Counted from the first letter of the stretch, positions 35,386 to 44,647 are shown. The stretch: 64,000 nt of DNA from Candidatus Woesearchaeota archaeon (GCA_038850615.1 JAWCLR010000002.1:1798-65797), one strand, 5' to 3'. The notes: generated from the letters alone by a model not told the origin. Translations and numbers: made by a program.

Positions 35386-37599
35386 TTGTTCCTCTTGAGT
35401 GCTAACATTCCGAAGTTTTATAAATACCTGTATTCTAAATGCCCTTTCAAGGGGGAGTTGGGATTGGCATACAACAGGGATTTCGCAAGAAGCAACGGCT
35501 ATGCCGCAGGTCCTTATTCTCAAACTAAAGACCGCGCTCTTGACCTCGTCGTGGCTTCAGCAATATGCAGTGAACTGCTTTCTCCTGACGGGCGCTCTTA
35601 CGCTTCAAAGCCGCGTTACATCCTTGTTTCTGAGTGCGGCAAAACAAGGCGCCATCGCTTGCCACAATGGTATGACCCTCTTGTCAGGGGCGCTTTGGCA
35701 GCAGGGGGACTCCTCGTTGTGCTTTCAGGACCTGCCGGCGCGCAGGAAGTGAAGGAAAATGGTGCTGATGCTGCCCTTGATGCAGTACTGCAGGACCACC
35801 AGAACACAGAGGCAGACCTTGTAAAGAAGGCAGAAGAGGAATACCTGCGCGGCACTGTAGAGACTTTCTCTGTAGAACAGCGCAAGGTGTTTTTGAAGAA
35901 GGCTTTTGAGTTGCTTAATCGCGCAGAGGGGATGACTCCTGGCGTGCAGCATGAATGCCTGAGGGTGCAGGTGAACAATGCGTATGCCCGCATCGTGAAA
36001 GGCACGCTGTATTATGATTTGAGTGCTGAAGAACAGAAGCAGATTGACAAGGAACTCAGCGAGCCGGCTGCTGTGCCAAAACAGCCCCAAGCTCCACAGA
36101 CTCAGCCGCCTGAACAGTCGCCAAGCCAATCACAGCCTCCTGCTCAGACGCCTGAACAGCCTAAGCCTCCTCAGCAGCCTTCTGATCAGCAGTCTAAACA
36201 GCCTCCTGCTCAACCTCCAGCTCAGCCTCCTGTTCAGCCGCAGGCAGTGCCAGGGCAACTGATTCTTCCTGATAACCCTCTTTTCTGGTCAACAATTACT
36301 GCAGCCAGCTACAAGTCGTTGCAGACGCGGGAATCAGAGGCTGTGCTCAGGACAGGGCTTATTGATGTTTACGCGCAAGGCCACATAAGGAAGGACAAGG
36401 AGGAATTCAGCGGAGACAGGCGAAGGACGCAAGGCGCAGGCGGTCACGCATACCTTGACATTGGCTTTTTTGAAGCAGGCGCCACAGGCAGCTACAGCAA
36501 GTACCGCAGGGGCTCCAATGACAGCGACACGTCATCCTCTGGCGGGGTCACAATCACAACAAACACAGAGGTTCTTGAGGAGATAGAGCGCGAGTATCTT
36601 GCGCTTATGGCAGGATTCAGGTTTGGGGATTTCAGGATTCGCGGAACAGTCCGCAGTGCAACAGAAAAAAACAGCATTACGACAACAGTTGATAGCTTTG
36701 TTGACAGCCCTGACCCGATTGGCGATTATCATTTCAGAATAAATGATGAGAATGATTTTGACATCACAACTCGTGGAGCACAGGTCCTTTTCGGATACGA
36801 CTGGGCATTTAAGGAAGATGACCGCGTTTTGGACGCTATCAGGGCAAAGGCTGTTGGCGATGTTGAGGAGACGGAAATAGGGCTTAATGACACAAAATAC
36901 AGGACTTGGCGCGTTGATTTCATGCTTGACGCTCTGAGAAAGAATGCATTGTGGGGCGCGTCGGCGTCTGTCGGCACCCGCCTTATAGAAGACGCAGAAG
37001 AGCAGAGCAGGTACAGCCGCGTGCACGGCTCATTGAATGCAGCAGCAGACCTTGACGGCCTTTTGAGCGGAAAATTGGGAATTCCTGTTCCTGCCACGGT
37101 GTTTGGCTCATTCTGGCGCCTTGCCCAGCCGGGCGGGGGCGCAGGGCTTGTGATTGGCAAAGGCAATGCTGTGAAGCTCATGATGGATTATGCAAACCAG
37201 CGCGCATGGCACGAGCTCGAGCTCAGCAAGGAGCTTGGGCCTGAAGAGCGCAAGGTTAAAATGGACCTGCTGAATTATGACCTTTTGAGGGGTTTGACTG
37301 CTGATCCAAAACTGCGCCTGCTCCTGTTTGGAGGGGCGCGCAGGAATGAGGATGCTGGCGAGCACAAGTACGACTGGACAGCCCAGGCTGCGCTTGTACT
37401 GCCGGCAAGCAAGGATGTTGTTGTTGCTATTGACGGGCTGCGCGACAAGGTTGGCATTGAGGAAATAATCCGCGGAGGGCTCAGCGTGAAGCTGCCTGGC
37501 GGCTGGCGCTTTGGGTTCTGGGGCGGAAAGTACAAGGTGGATGGGGCAAAGCATGATGATGCGCCCATTTTCGGAATCAGCGGAGGGGTGGACTTTTAA
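35386..37599 (+). CDS. secreted PQ-rich protein with beta-barrel-like C-terminal half (start uncertain)
   Basis: Open frame of 737 codons. There is no in-frame ATG before aa ~182. TTG 35659 would give MPQWYDPLVRGALAAGGLLVVLSGPAGAQE, which looks like a signal peptide. PQ-rich tract at 36076-36250. The C-terminal ~430 aa has alternating-hydrophobic strands and ends in F. Confidence 0.75.
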   Translation: MFLLSANIPKFYKYLYSKCPFKGELGLAYNRDFARSNGYAAGPYSQTKDRALDLVVASAICSELLSPDGRSYASKPRYILVSECGKTRRHRLPQWYDPLVRGALAAGGLLVVLSGPAGAQEVKENGADAALDAVLQDHQNTEADLVKKAEEEYLRGTVETFSVEQRKVFLKKAFELLNRAEGMTPGVQHECLRVQVNNAYARIVKGTLYYDLSAEEQKQIDKELSEPAAVPKQPQAPQTQPPEQSPSQSQPPAQTPEQPKPPQQPSDQQSKQPPAQPPAQPPVQPQAVPGQLILPDNPLFWSTITAASYKSLQTRESEAVLRTGLIDVYAQGHIRKDKEEFSGDRRRTQGAGGHAYLDIGFFEAGATGSYSKYRRGSNDSDTSSSGGVTITTNTEVLEEIEREYLALMAGFRFGDFRIRGTVRSATEKNSITTTVDSFVDSPDPIGDYHFRINDENDFDITTRGAQVLFGYDWAFKEDDRVLDAIRAKAVGDVEETEIGLNDTKYRTWRVDFMLDALRKNALWGASASVGTRLIEDAEEQSRYSRVHGSLNAAADLDGLLSGKLGIPVPATVFGSFWRLAQPGGGAGLVIGKGNAVKLMMDYANQRAWHELELSKELGPEERKVKMDLLNYDLLRGLTADPKLRLLLFGGARRNEDAGEHKYDWTAQAALVLPASKDVVVAIDGLRDKVGIEEIIRGGLSVKLPGGWRFGFWGGKYKVDGAKHDDAPIFGISGGVDF

Positions 37600-37602
37600 G
37601 CC

Positions 37603-40600
37603 ATGAACAAGCTCTCAATTTTGTTTGCGGTTTTGATGGCGGTTTTTGCAGCGCAAGCCCTTGCCCTTGATGTTCCTCCTGCTGTGTCAATATCAGCAGC
37701 CCCCGGCACCATAGTAAATGATACTGTTGCAATAACTGCGGTTGCGGTTGATGTCATGGATAATGCAGGGCTTGTCAACATGACGCTTTACGAGGATGGC
37801 ATTATTGCTGATGTCCAGATATGCATGGCTGCCACAACCTGTTCGGTAAGCAGGGCATTCTCGTATGTTTCTGCAGCAAACCACACATATCATGCTGTTG
37901 CGATTGACGTCAGCGGCCACGTTGTTGAAAGCAACAAGGTTAAGGTAACCTTCTTGGGCATTAATACACCGCCGAAATGGATTAATCTTCCGACCAATGT
38001 TAATGTTTATGAGGACTCAGGGCTTAACCTGAATTTGATAAACCTCAGCGCATTTGCAAAGGACAACCAGACGCAGTCTGACAATCTCTCTTACGCAGTG
38101 ATTGCGGAAAGCAATGCAAGCCTTGTGAATTGTTCTGCAGGCCCAACGCGCTTCCTTGACTGCCGTGTCAATGCTGCAAACAGCTCAGGGGCATCTGTTG
38201 TTAATATAAGTGTCTCTGATGGCCAGCTCCATGATGAACGCCTTGTTACGGTTACCGTACTTCCTGTCAATGATGTTCCTTTCAACAACAGGACGCTTCC
38301 AATAATAGCATTCCCTGAGGACACTTACTTTGACCTGCTTAACCTTAGCAATTATTTCTTTGACATCGACGGTCCTGCAGCAATAACTTACTCGTTCATT
38401 ACAAACCCGAACACGACTGTTTTTGTGTCGCCTGGGGCAATCCTGAACATTTCGTCAACAAGAAATTATACGGGCCTGTTTGACCTGATAATAATTGCAT
38501 CAGACGGCCTAAACAGCACAAATATCACGACGCCTGTGAACGTGACACCTGTCAATGACGCGCCGTGGTTCAATCCACCTTTGCAGAACCAGATTGCATT
38601 TCTCGGAAGCGTGTTCACTTATGACATTAATGCAAGTGATGTTGACACGCCGACTATTTTCACTTTCAGCACGAACAGCAGCTCATTGTTTGCCATAGAC
38701 CCCGCAACAGGTCTTATCAACCACACTTTCCTTGCTGTCACAAACTATACTGTTAATGCAACAGTATGCGACGATGCAGGCCTGCCGAACAGCTGCGTAA
38801 GCGGCGAATTCAATATCACGGTGATTGACATTACGCCTCCAAGCGTTGTTGCAGTAATTGAGCCGCCAGACCCGTCTGTGTTCAGCGAGACTGCAAATTA
38901 CACGTTCTGGATAAACCTACTTGACTACAGCGGCGTTGCAAATGCCTCGCTTAATTTCAATGGCATTTTGTTCAATGATACGCAGAATGTCAGCAACAGC
39001 CTGTTCAATGCCACAATAGGCAACCTCGCAGCAGGGAATTACACGTACAGATGGCTGTTTGCGGATATTTACGGCAATGCAAACACAAGCCTGCTCCAGA
39101 ACTTCACAGTCCTTAAGGCAAACTCAAGCATCAATGCAACCCTTAACGGCACAGCAGGAAACATCACCCTATTCACAGGCGTGCCTATTGAGATTTATTC
39201 CTGGCTTGACATCCCTGAAGGACAGCCGATTAGCTTGTTCCAGAACGGCGTCCTGATAGGAAGTGGCAACGGCTCAATTAACCTGACAAGGTATTATAAT
39301 AGGTCTTACGCTGGTCTTGTCAATCTTACCTCGGTTTATAGCGGGAACCAGAATTACACAAACGCAAGCATAACAAGATATGTTAATGTTATTGTTTCAA
39401 ACTCAACGGTTAACATGCTCTTGAATGGTGTTGATGGGAATATCACTGCAGGGACTGGTGATGTTGTTAATTTCAGCTTCACTGTTTCGCCACCTGGCTT
39501 GCTTTTGACTTTCTGCGTTAACGGGTTTGGTGTTAGTCGCTGTGATTTTGAGAACGCAACTTCAACAGGCTATGTCTCTTGGCTTGATCTTGTTTGGGTT
39601 GATCGTATTGGAATATTCAATATTACGGCGTATTACGATGGCAATGAGAATTACACTGTTTCAACTGACACGCACTTCATTAAGGTTGTTGACACAATTC
39701 CGCCAAATATGTATTATAATTCCACAACGCCCGCATCGCCCAAGACGTATTCTGATGTCGTGCTTAACCAGTTCTTCAGCCGCTGGCAGGACAATATCAA
39801 GGTTGACACGGTCCTGCTTGAGTTTGAGGGTGTAAACAGGACGGCGAATATCACGCTGTACGGAGATTATTACGTGAATATCCTGCCAGACGCGCTTGGA
39901 GTAGGAAACTATTCTTACAAGTGGTATGCGAATGACACGAGCAACAACTGGAATGTTTCACCGACAGGCATTTACACAATAGTTCCTGCACCATCATCGC
40001 TTTCGCTCAGCGTGTCGCCAGCAAGCACTGTTATTATCGGCACTTCAACAACAGTTGGCTGCAATGCTTCAACAACGCAAATAACCCCTATTTTGGCAAG
40101 GAATGGTGTTGTTGTCAGCAATCCTGACACTTCAGCGCTTGCTGTCGGCGTGTACAATTATTCCTGCACTGCTGCCGCAACCCAGAACTACACAGCGCCC
40201 GCACCTGTATCAGCAATGCTTACGGTCATTCCGACTCCTGCAACAGTTAACCTGCTCCTTAATGGCACTGATGGAGACATTCTTGTGCCTGAGAACAGCA
40301 CTGTGAACATTACGGGAATGCTTGTAACTCCAAGCACAGGCAACGTAGACATTTATGTTAATGGCACTCTTGTTGCTTCTGGGGCGTCTCCGCAGTCAGC
40401 ATTGAGGTTCTTTGGCAATCCAGGGGCTTATCCTGTCATTGTTAACTTCACTGGCAACGTGAACTACAGCACTGCAAGCGAAACGCACTACGTTTTTGTC
40501 GGCGAGAACCTTGTCAAGTACAACTTCCAACCGCCCAATGGCGCATTCCTGAACGCAAGTTATGTTGATATGAACTTCAGCACAAACCTGAACACAACTT

Positions 40601-42393
40601 GCAGGTGGGCGCTTACAGACTTGCCATATGGCGCAATGACTAACACGTTCAATGGCGTGCTCACTTTCCATTACGGCAGGGTGACGGGGCTTGAGCCATT
40701 AGGACTGCATACTATTTATGTTGCCTGTGAGAATGACACTGCAGCAACAAACACGGAAATAACATACGATGTGACTAACATAATTGAGAACTCTAACATT
40801 GATACTGCATTTATTGACTGGAGCATTGTCAGGTGGGTCAATATCACGCCTGCTACAAGCATTTTCGACAGCGAACTGTATTATGACAGGATTCTCAACA
40901 GCAACCTTGGCTCGATATATGCCGAGCATTCCCTGATAAACAACAGCTTCCTGACAAACTGCATTGTCATCAATTCAACAGTGAAAGACATCATTGCAAG
41001 CGAGTGCATATTCATAAACAGCGTTGTTGACCCGAGCAACCTTACAGGAAGCAACCTTTCAAACACGTTGACGCTTGACTCCAATGTCACGTGGTCGACT
41101 GCTGTTGACTCAATGATTGACCTCAGTACGGTAGAGGACTCAATAGTGGTTGATTGCACAATAAACCGCTCAACAATCCGCAACGGCGTGCTTATGCACT
41201 GTAGTGTCAGGAACAACTCAAATGTCCTTGACAGCGTCGTTAACAACACAGTTCTTGTTAACACAAACCTGACCAATTCGACGATAACCAACAGCAACCT
41301 GAACTGCGTCAACGGCGCAGGGGTTTACGTTGACAACAACATCCTGATTGACGGGAACATCACTGTGTGCACAGGTGCTGTTGTTTACAATCTTTCAAAC
41401 AACAACACCAACATTACTAACTACATGGAATTGCCGCCCGTTGCATCATTTACGCTTTCCCCTGGTTCGTCCGTGTACACGGGCACAAATGTTACTTTCA
41501 CATCAACAAGCACAGACCCGAACATTCCAGGACCTCTTAATGATTCTTTGACTTACTTGTGGAGGTTCAGCGACGGAACCACGTCAACATCTGCGGTTAC
41601 GTCAAAGGTTTATGACACTGCAGGAACTTTCCCGTTCAACCTCACAGTGACTGACTCCTTTGGCATGTCAAGCACTGCCTTTGGTATAATAACAGCAAGC
41701 GTTTATGTGCCGCCAAGCGGCGGTGGCGGTGGGGGTGGCGGCGGAGGCGGCAGAGGCGGCGGAAGTGGCATCGGCAGGGTGTTCTACTACAACCTGAGCA
41801 AGGGCAAAACGCAATTAATGACCCTTGGCCAGCTTGACAGCCTGCTGATAGAATACAATGATGTGGTTTATCCGCTCGAGAACATAAGGATTGCCAGAGA
41901 CCACGCTAACTTCACGATTACAGGAAGGCAGTCAAGGATGATTCCTGCCGAGGTGCGCAAGTACAACCTCAACAACGACCAGTATTATGACCTTGTGATC
42001 ACGTTTACAAAGAACTATGTAACAAGGGCGGAGTTCAAGCTTGAGCCCACTCACGAATACGCGCCTGGCATGAATGTCTTGCCATTGCCCTCCAGTCTCG
42101 AAAAATGGGAGCCAAAGGCGCCTGAGCCTGTTGCTCCTGCAGAGCCTAAGCCTGCTGTCCAGCCTTCAGCACCTGTTGTGCAACCGCCTGCTGCGTCAGG
42201 GCAGGAGGTTGAAATCAGGGCAGAGGTCAAGCCAGGATTGTTAAGCAGGCTGTGGAATTCCACAAAGGGCATAACAGGCAGCATCACAGCAGGCGCTGGC
42301 AGCATTCAGCTCAGCGGCTGGATGATAACCCTGCTCGTGGTTGTGTTCGGCGTGGTTCTGTATTATGTCCTGGCAGAATTGTTTGACTGGTAA
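37603..42393 (+). CDS. giant N-glycosylation-sequon-rich surface protein (1596 aa) with PKD domain, beta-helix-like repeats and C-terminal TM anchor
   Basis: Signal peptide MNKLSILFAVLMAVFAAQALA. VNDVPF / VNDAPWF cadherin-like junctions. PKD-like segment at ~41434-41700. Gly run at 41716-41769. Pro-rich stalk. TM helix MITLLVVVFGVVLYYVLAELF. Starts 3 nt after the upstream stop. Confidence 0.9.
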   Translation: MNKLSILFAVLMAVFAAQALALDVPPAVSISAAPGTIVNDTVAITAVAVDVMDNAGLVNMTLYEDGIIADVQICMAATTCSVSRAFSYVSAANHTYHAVAIDVSGHVVESNKVKVTFLGINTPPKWINLPTNVNVYEDSGLNLNLINLSAFAKDNQTQSDNLSYAVIAESNASLVNCSAGPTRFLDCRVNAANSSGASVVNISVSDGQLHDERLVTVTVLPVNDVPFNNRTLPIIAFPEDTYFDLLNLSNYFFDIDGPAAITYSFITNPNTTVFVSPGAILNISSTRNYTGLFDLIIIASDGLNSTNITTPVNVTPVNDAPWFNPPLQNQIAFLGSVFTYDINASDVDTPTIFTFSTNSSSLFAIDPATGLINHTFLAVTNYTVNATVCDDAGLPNSCVSGEFNITVIDITPPSVVAVIEPPDPSVFSETANYTFWINLLDYSGVANASLNFNGILFNDTQNVSNSLFNATIGNLAAGNYTYRWLFADIYGNANTSLLQNFTVLKANSSINATLNGTAGNITLFTGVPIEIYSWLDIPEGQPISLFQNGVLIGSGNGSINLTRYYNRSYAGLVNLTSVYSGNQNYTNASITRYVNVIVSNSTVNMLLNGVDGNITAGTGDVVNFSFTVSPPGLLLTFCVNGFGVSRCDFENATSTGYVSWLDLVWVDRIGIFNITAYYDGNENYTVSTDTHFIKVVDTIPPNMYYNSTTPASPKTYSDVVLNQFFSRWQDNIKVDTVLLEFEGVNRTANITLYGDYYVNILPDALGVGNYSYKWYANDTSNNWNVSPTGIYTIVPAPSSLSLSVSPASTVIIGTSTTVGCNASTTQITPILARNGVVVSNPDTSALAVGVYNYSCTAAATQNYTAPAPVSAMLTVIPTPATVNLLLNGTDGDILVPENSTVNITGMLVTPSTGNVDIYVNGTLVASGASPQSALRFFGNPGAYPVIVNFTGNVNYSTASETHYVFVGENLVKYNFQPPNGAFLNASYVDMNFSTNLNTTCRWALTDLPYGAMTNTFNGVLTFHYGRVTGLEPLGLHTIYVACENDTAATNTEITYDVTNIIENSNIDTAFIDWSIVRWVNITPATSIFDSELYYDRILNSNLGSIYAEHSLINNSFLTNCIVINSTVKDIIASECIFINSVVDPSNLTGSNLSNTLTLDSNVTWSTAVDSMIDLSTVEDSIVVDCTINRSTIRNGVLMHCSVRNNSNVLDSVVNNTVLVNTNLTNSTITNSNLNCVNGAGVYVDNNILIDGNITVCTGAVVYNLSNNNTNITNYMELPPVASFTLSPGSSVYTGTNVTFTSTSTDPNIPGPLNDSLTYLWRFSDGTTSTSAVTSKVYDTAGTFPFNLTVTDSFGMSSTAFGIITASVYVPPSGGGGGGGGGGGRGGGSGIGRVFYYNLSKGKTQLMTLGQLDSLLIEYNDVVYPLENIRIARDHANFTITGRQSRMIPAEVRKYNLNNDQYYDLVITFTKNYVTRAEFKLEPTHEYAPGMNVLPLPSSLEKWEPKAPEPVAPAEPKPAVQPSAPVVQPPAASGQEVEIRAEVKPGLLSRLWNSTKGITGSITAGAGSIQLSGWMITLLVVVFGVVLYYVLAELFDW

Positions 42394-42394
42394 T

Positions 42395-42751
42395 TCAGCC
42401 AAGATAAGTCGGAGTTTCTGATACTGTGTCTTTTGCAGCAGCAATTGCCTTTTTGTGCTTTTTTTCAGCAATCTCAACAGGCTTTGGCTTCTTTATCACG
42501 CCATATTCTTCCTCATATTTTTTTATCACGTTGCTGAGCACTCCGAGAATCATTTTTGCATGGTATGGCTCGACCATTATTACGTTGTGCTTGAGCAGGA
42601 AGCTTGGCTTCTTGCTTCGTGGGTCAACCCTTGGCGTAATGCACTTGAAGTCAAAGCTGAATTGCGTTGGTGTGAAGTTAGCAGTCATTTCGTGGGCGAA
42701 AAAAGGCTCGCCGTCAATTATCTGGATGTTTATTGGTTCCTTGTCAGGCAT
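42395..42751 (-). CDS. DUF3467-like protein
   Basis: FAHEMTANFTPTQFSFDFKCITP resembles the conserved DUF3467 core. The C-terminal tail is Lys-rich. Confidence 0.7.
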   Translation of the reverse strand: MPDKEPINIQIIDGEPFFAHEMTANFTPTQFSFDFKCITPRVDPRSKKPSFLLKHNVIMVEPYHAKMILGVLSNVIKKYEEEYGVIKKPKPVEIAEKKHKKAIAAAKDTVSETPTYLG

Positions 42752-42808
42752 TTGTTACCACCTCTTTTTGTGGTTTTTAATAATTACTTAATATGCCTTT
42801 CTTTTTTT

Positions 42809-43255
42809 TTAGCAGTCTTCCACAGGCACTCCTTTTGTGATTGAACGCCTGTTGTATTCTGCAGTGATTGTTATTGTGTGCTTTTTTTCCGTTATAAGGC
42901 ATGGTTCTGTGAATGTCCTGCATTCCCCTTCGTCAAGCAAGGAAGGTATTTTGCGGTTGAGCCTAAGGGATTTGCTTTCAATCAAGATGTTTCCTTTTTC
43001 CTCGTTGCAGCCTGTGTTTTCAAGCCGTGCTGTAATTCTTCCATTTTCATCGCGTGCTGTTGCCTTTGCCTTTCGTATTGTGATTTCGTGCGACGGCTTG
43101 TCAATTTTCAGCGCAAGTGTTTTCTTTATTCTTATCCCGTTCTCCCTGATTGCTATTTCTAATTTGTATTCTTTTGCGAGTCTTCTGTAATAAACTTTTT
43201 TTTGCTTTCGTGGTGGAGCTGAACTCTCCTCGGGTTGCTGCCTGTTGGCGCACAA
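42809..43255 (-). CDS. hypothetical charged protein (148 aa, TTG start)
   Basis: The only long ORF here with protein-like composition. It has no in-frame ATG, so the start would be TTG at 43255. The overlapping plus-strand ORFs are Ser/Leu/Phe-rich and look like shadow ORFs. Confidence 0.5.
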   Translation of the reverse strand: MCANRQQPEESSAPPRKQKKVYYRRLAKEYKLEIAIRENGIRIKKTLALKIDKPSHEITIRKAKATARDENGRITARLENTGCNEEKGNILIESKSLRLNRKIPSLLDEGECRTFTEPCLITEKKHTITITAEYNRRSITKGVPVEDC

Positions 43256-43330
43256 GTCACTTATTGTTGTCTGCAGAGCTGATATTTCTGCCCAGAAACT
43301 CTTTTATACCGCCTTGCAAACCTTCTTAGT

Positions 43331-43984
43331 ATGAAGCTTGTGATTTTTGACCTTGACCAGACTATTGTCAACATATTCCGCGTGCATGATTCTGCATTCC
43401 ACAGGACAATGATGGATGTTTTCGGCCTCAAGGCGTGCTACAGGCAGATGGACTACACTGGCAAAAGGATTCAGGACCTGATAAGGGAGTTTGCGCTCAA
43501 AAAAGGGGTGCCGAATGCAGTTATCGACATGAATATCGATGAGGCAGTCAGGGTTTATGAATTATGTTTTGCAGCACTCGTGAAGAACGTCAAAAAGCAT
43601 TTGTTGCCTGGCGTGAAAAAACTTGTTGAGAAACTAAGCAAAAAGCACAAGCTGGCAATCGTTACGGGTGACTTGAAGCCGATTGCAGAGATTGTGCTGA
43701 AGGAGTCGGGACTGATGAATTATTTCTCCGTGATTGTTACTGCTGATGACGCGCCTACAAGGGAAAAAATGATTAAGAAGGCAATCAAGAAATCAGGCAA
43801 GGTGTCTGAAGTGTGGGTGATTGGCGACAGCACAAGGGACATTGATGCGGGCAAAGCAAATGGTGCAAAAACAATCGGCGTAATGACAGGAGAGCATGAC
43901 AGAAAGACCTTGATGGCTCACAAGCCGACAAAAGTTTTTAAAGACCTCTCAAATACTGCAAAAGTGCTTGAGGTTATAGGATGA
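43331..43984 (+). CDS. HAD superfamily hydrolase (phosphatase)
   Basis: DLDQT motif I (FDLDQTIV), VTGD, and GDSTRDIDAG motif IV. Confidence 0.9.
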   Translation: MKLVIFDLDQTIVNIFRVHDSAFHRTMMDVFGLKACYRQMDYTGKRIQDLIREFALKKGVPNAVIDMNIDEAVRVYELCFAALVKNVKKHLLPGVKKLVEKLSKKHKLAIVTGDLKPIAEIVLKESGLMNYFSVIVTADDAPTREKMIKKAIKKSGKVSEVWVIGDSTRDIDAGKANGAKTIGVMTGEHDRKTLMAHKPTKVFKDLSNTAKVLEVIG

Positions 43985-44142
43985 ACATAACAGTTGCTCT
44001 TGGAATTTTGGCAGGGCTAATTATTGCATACCATGCATCCAAGTGGCTTGCAAGGAAAAACCTTGTGATGCTTGAGTACAGGAGAATGATGCATGACCTT
44101 CTCACGAATGAGAAATACCAGGTTAAGGGAAAGTTTGATTGA
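43981..44142 (+). CDS. small membrane protein (53 aa), not in ORF track
   Basis: ATGA overlap with the HAD gene stop. Translation begins MNITVALGILAGLIIAYHASKW... Followed by T8. Confidence 0.5.
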   Translation: MNITVALGILAGLIIAYHASKWLARKNLVMLEYRRMMHDLLTNEKYQVKGKFD

Positions 44143-44273
44143 TTTTTTTTGAGTTAATGGTAATACTCCTGATTAATGCGTAAACGAAAAATAGGAACAG
44201 CCCTTTCGGGCCGCCCCTTTAGAATGCAGTTGGTTGGGACTGCTTAGTGTTGCGTGAGAGAGGTGGTAAGCCT

Positions 44274-44362
44274 AAAAGCGGAGAGCGGTAATTCTCCGCC
44301 GGAGAGGTGTTTGAGTGAGCATAAAAGCGGAGTCGGCAGGGCTCCGCAAAAGAGGTGTTGAG
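44274..44362 (-). terminator. tandem pair of hairpin + T4 units (~42-nt duplication)
   Basis: On the minus strand: CTCAA(A)CACCTCT, then GCGGAG...CTCCGC hairpins (44279-44299 and 44328-44347), each followed by TTTT. Located directly downstream of the small ORF 44374..44499. Confidence 0.45.
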
Positions 44363-44373
44363 ATTGATGATTT

Positions 44374-44499
44374 TCACAAGAGGCTTTGGACGTATTTCCT
44401 CATGTCTTGCGCGTCCTTTTGTGTTATCGCGCCTGCCTTTAACAGCCAGTCTATCACCTGCAAATCGTTGCTGGCGTGCTTGGGGGTGTATGTTTTCAT
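44374..44499 (-). CDS. small protein (41 aa), not in ORF track
   Basis: GGAGGTGATGG Shine-Dalgarno sequence 4-5 nt upstream of the ATG. Translation: MKTYTPKHASNDLQVIDWLLKAGAITQKDAQDMRKYVQSLL. Confidence 0.5.
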   Translation of the reverse strand: MKTYTPKHASNDLQVIDWLLKAGAITQKDAQDMRKYVQSLL

Positions 44500-44647
44500 G
44501 ACCATCACCTCCTTGTGTTGGTTTTTCGTCAGCCATGCATTTTACCTGGGCGGGCATTTATAAATACGTTATGAAAGGGCAATCAAGACCTCGCGTCAGG
44601 ACAGGGTATGCATAAGCTTTATAAAGCGTGTCACGGTGGAATAACAC

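Noticed and set aside
34769-35523. Several minus-strand ORFs antisense to rpl15e and the 102-aa gene.
   Set aside because: They are shadows of a well-identified ribosomal protein gene, with Ser/Pro/Leu-rich translations.
36076-36250. Apparent tandem DNA repeat (CAGCC/CCTCC-rich).
   Set aside because: It is an in-frame Pro/Gln-rich low-complexity linker of the 737-aa protein, not a non-coding repeat.
41716-41769. GGC/GGT-rich run considered as a simple-sequence repeat or slippage hotspot.
   Set aside because: It is in frame and encodes a Gly hinge inside the giant surface protein. Codon usage is mixed (GGC/GGT/GGG/GGA), which argues against a recent microsatellite expansion.
44274-44362. Possible CRISPR array, considered because of the repeated ~42-nt units.
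   Set aside because: There are only two adjacent copies with no spacers of unique sequence between them, and no cas genes in the window.
44219-44563. ORFs 44219..44557 (-) and 44315..44563 (+).
   Set aside because: They overlap each other, run through the tandem hairpin units and have odd composition. A 41-aa ORF with a strong Shine-Dalgarno sequence plus terminator-like hairpins explains the region better.
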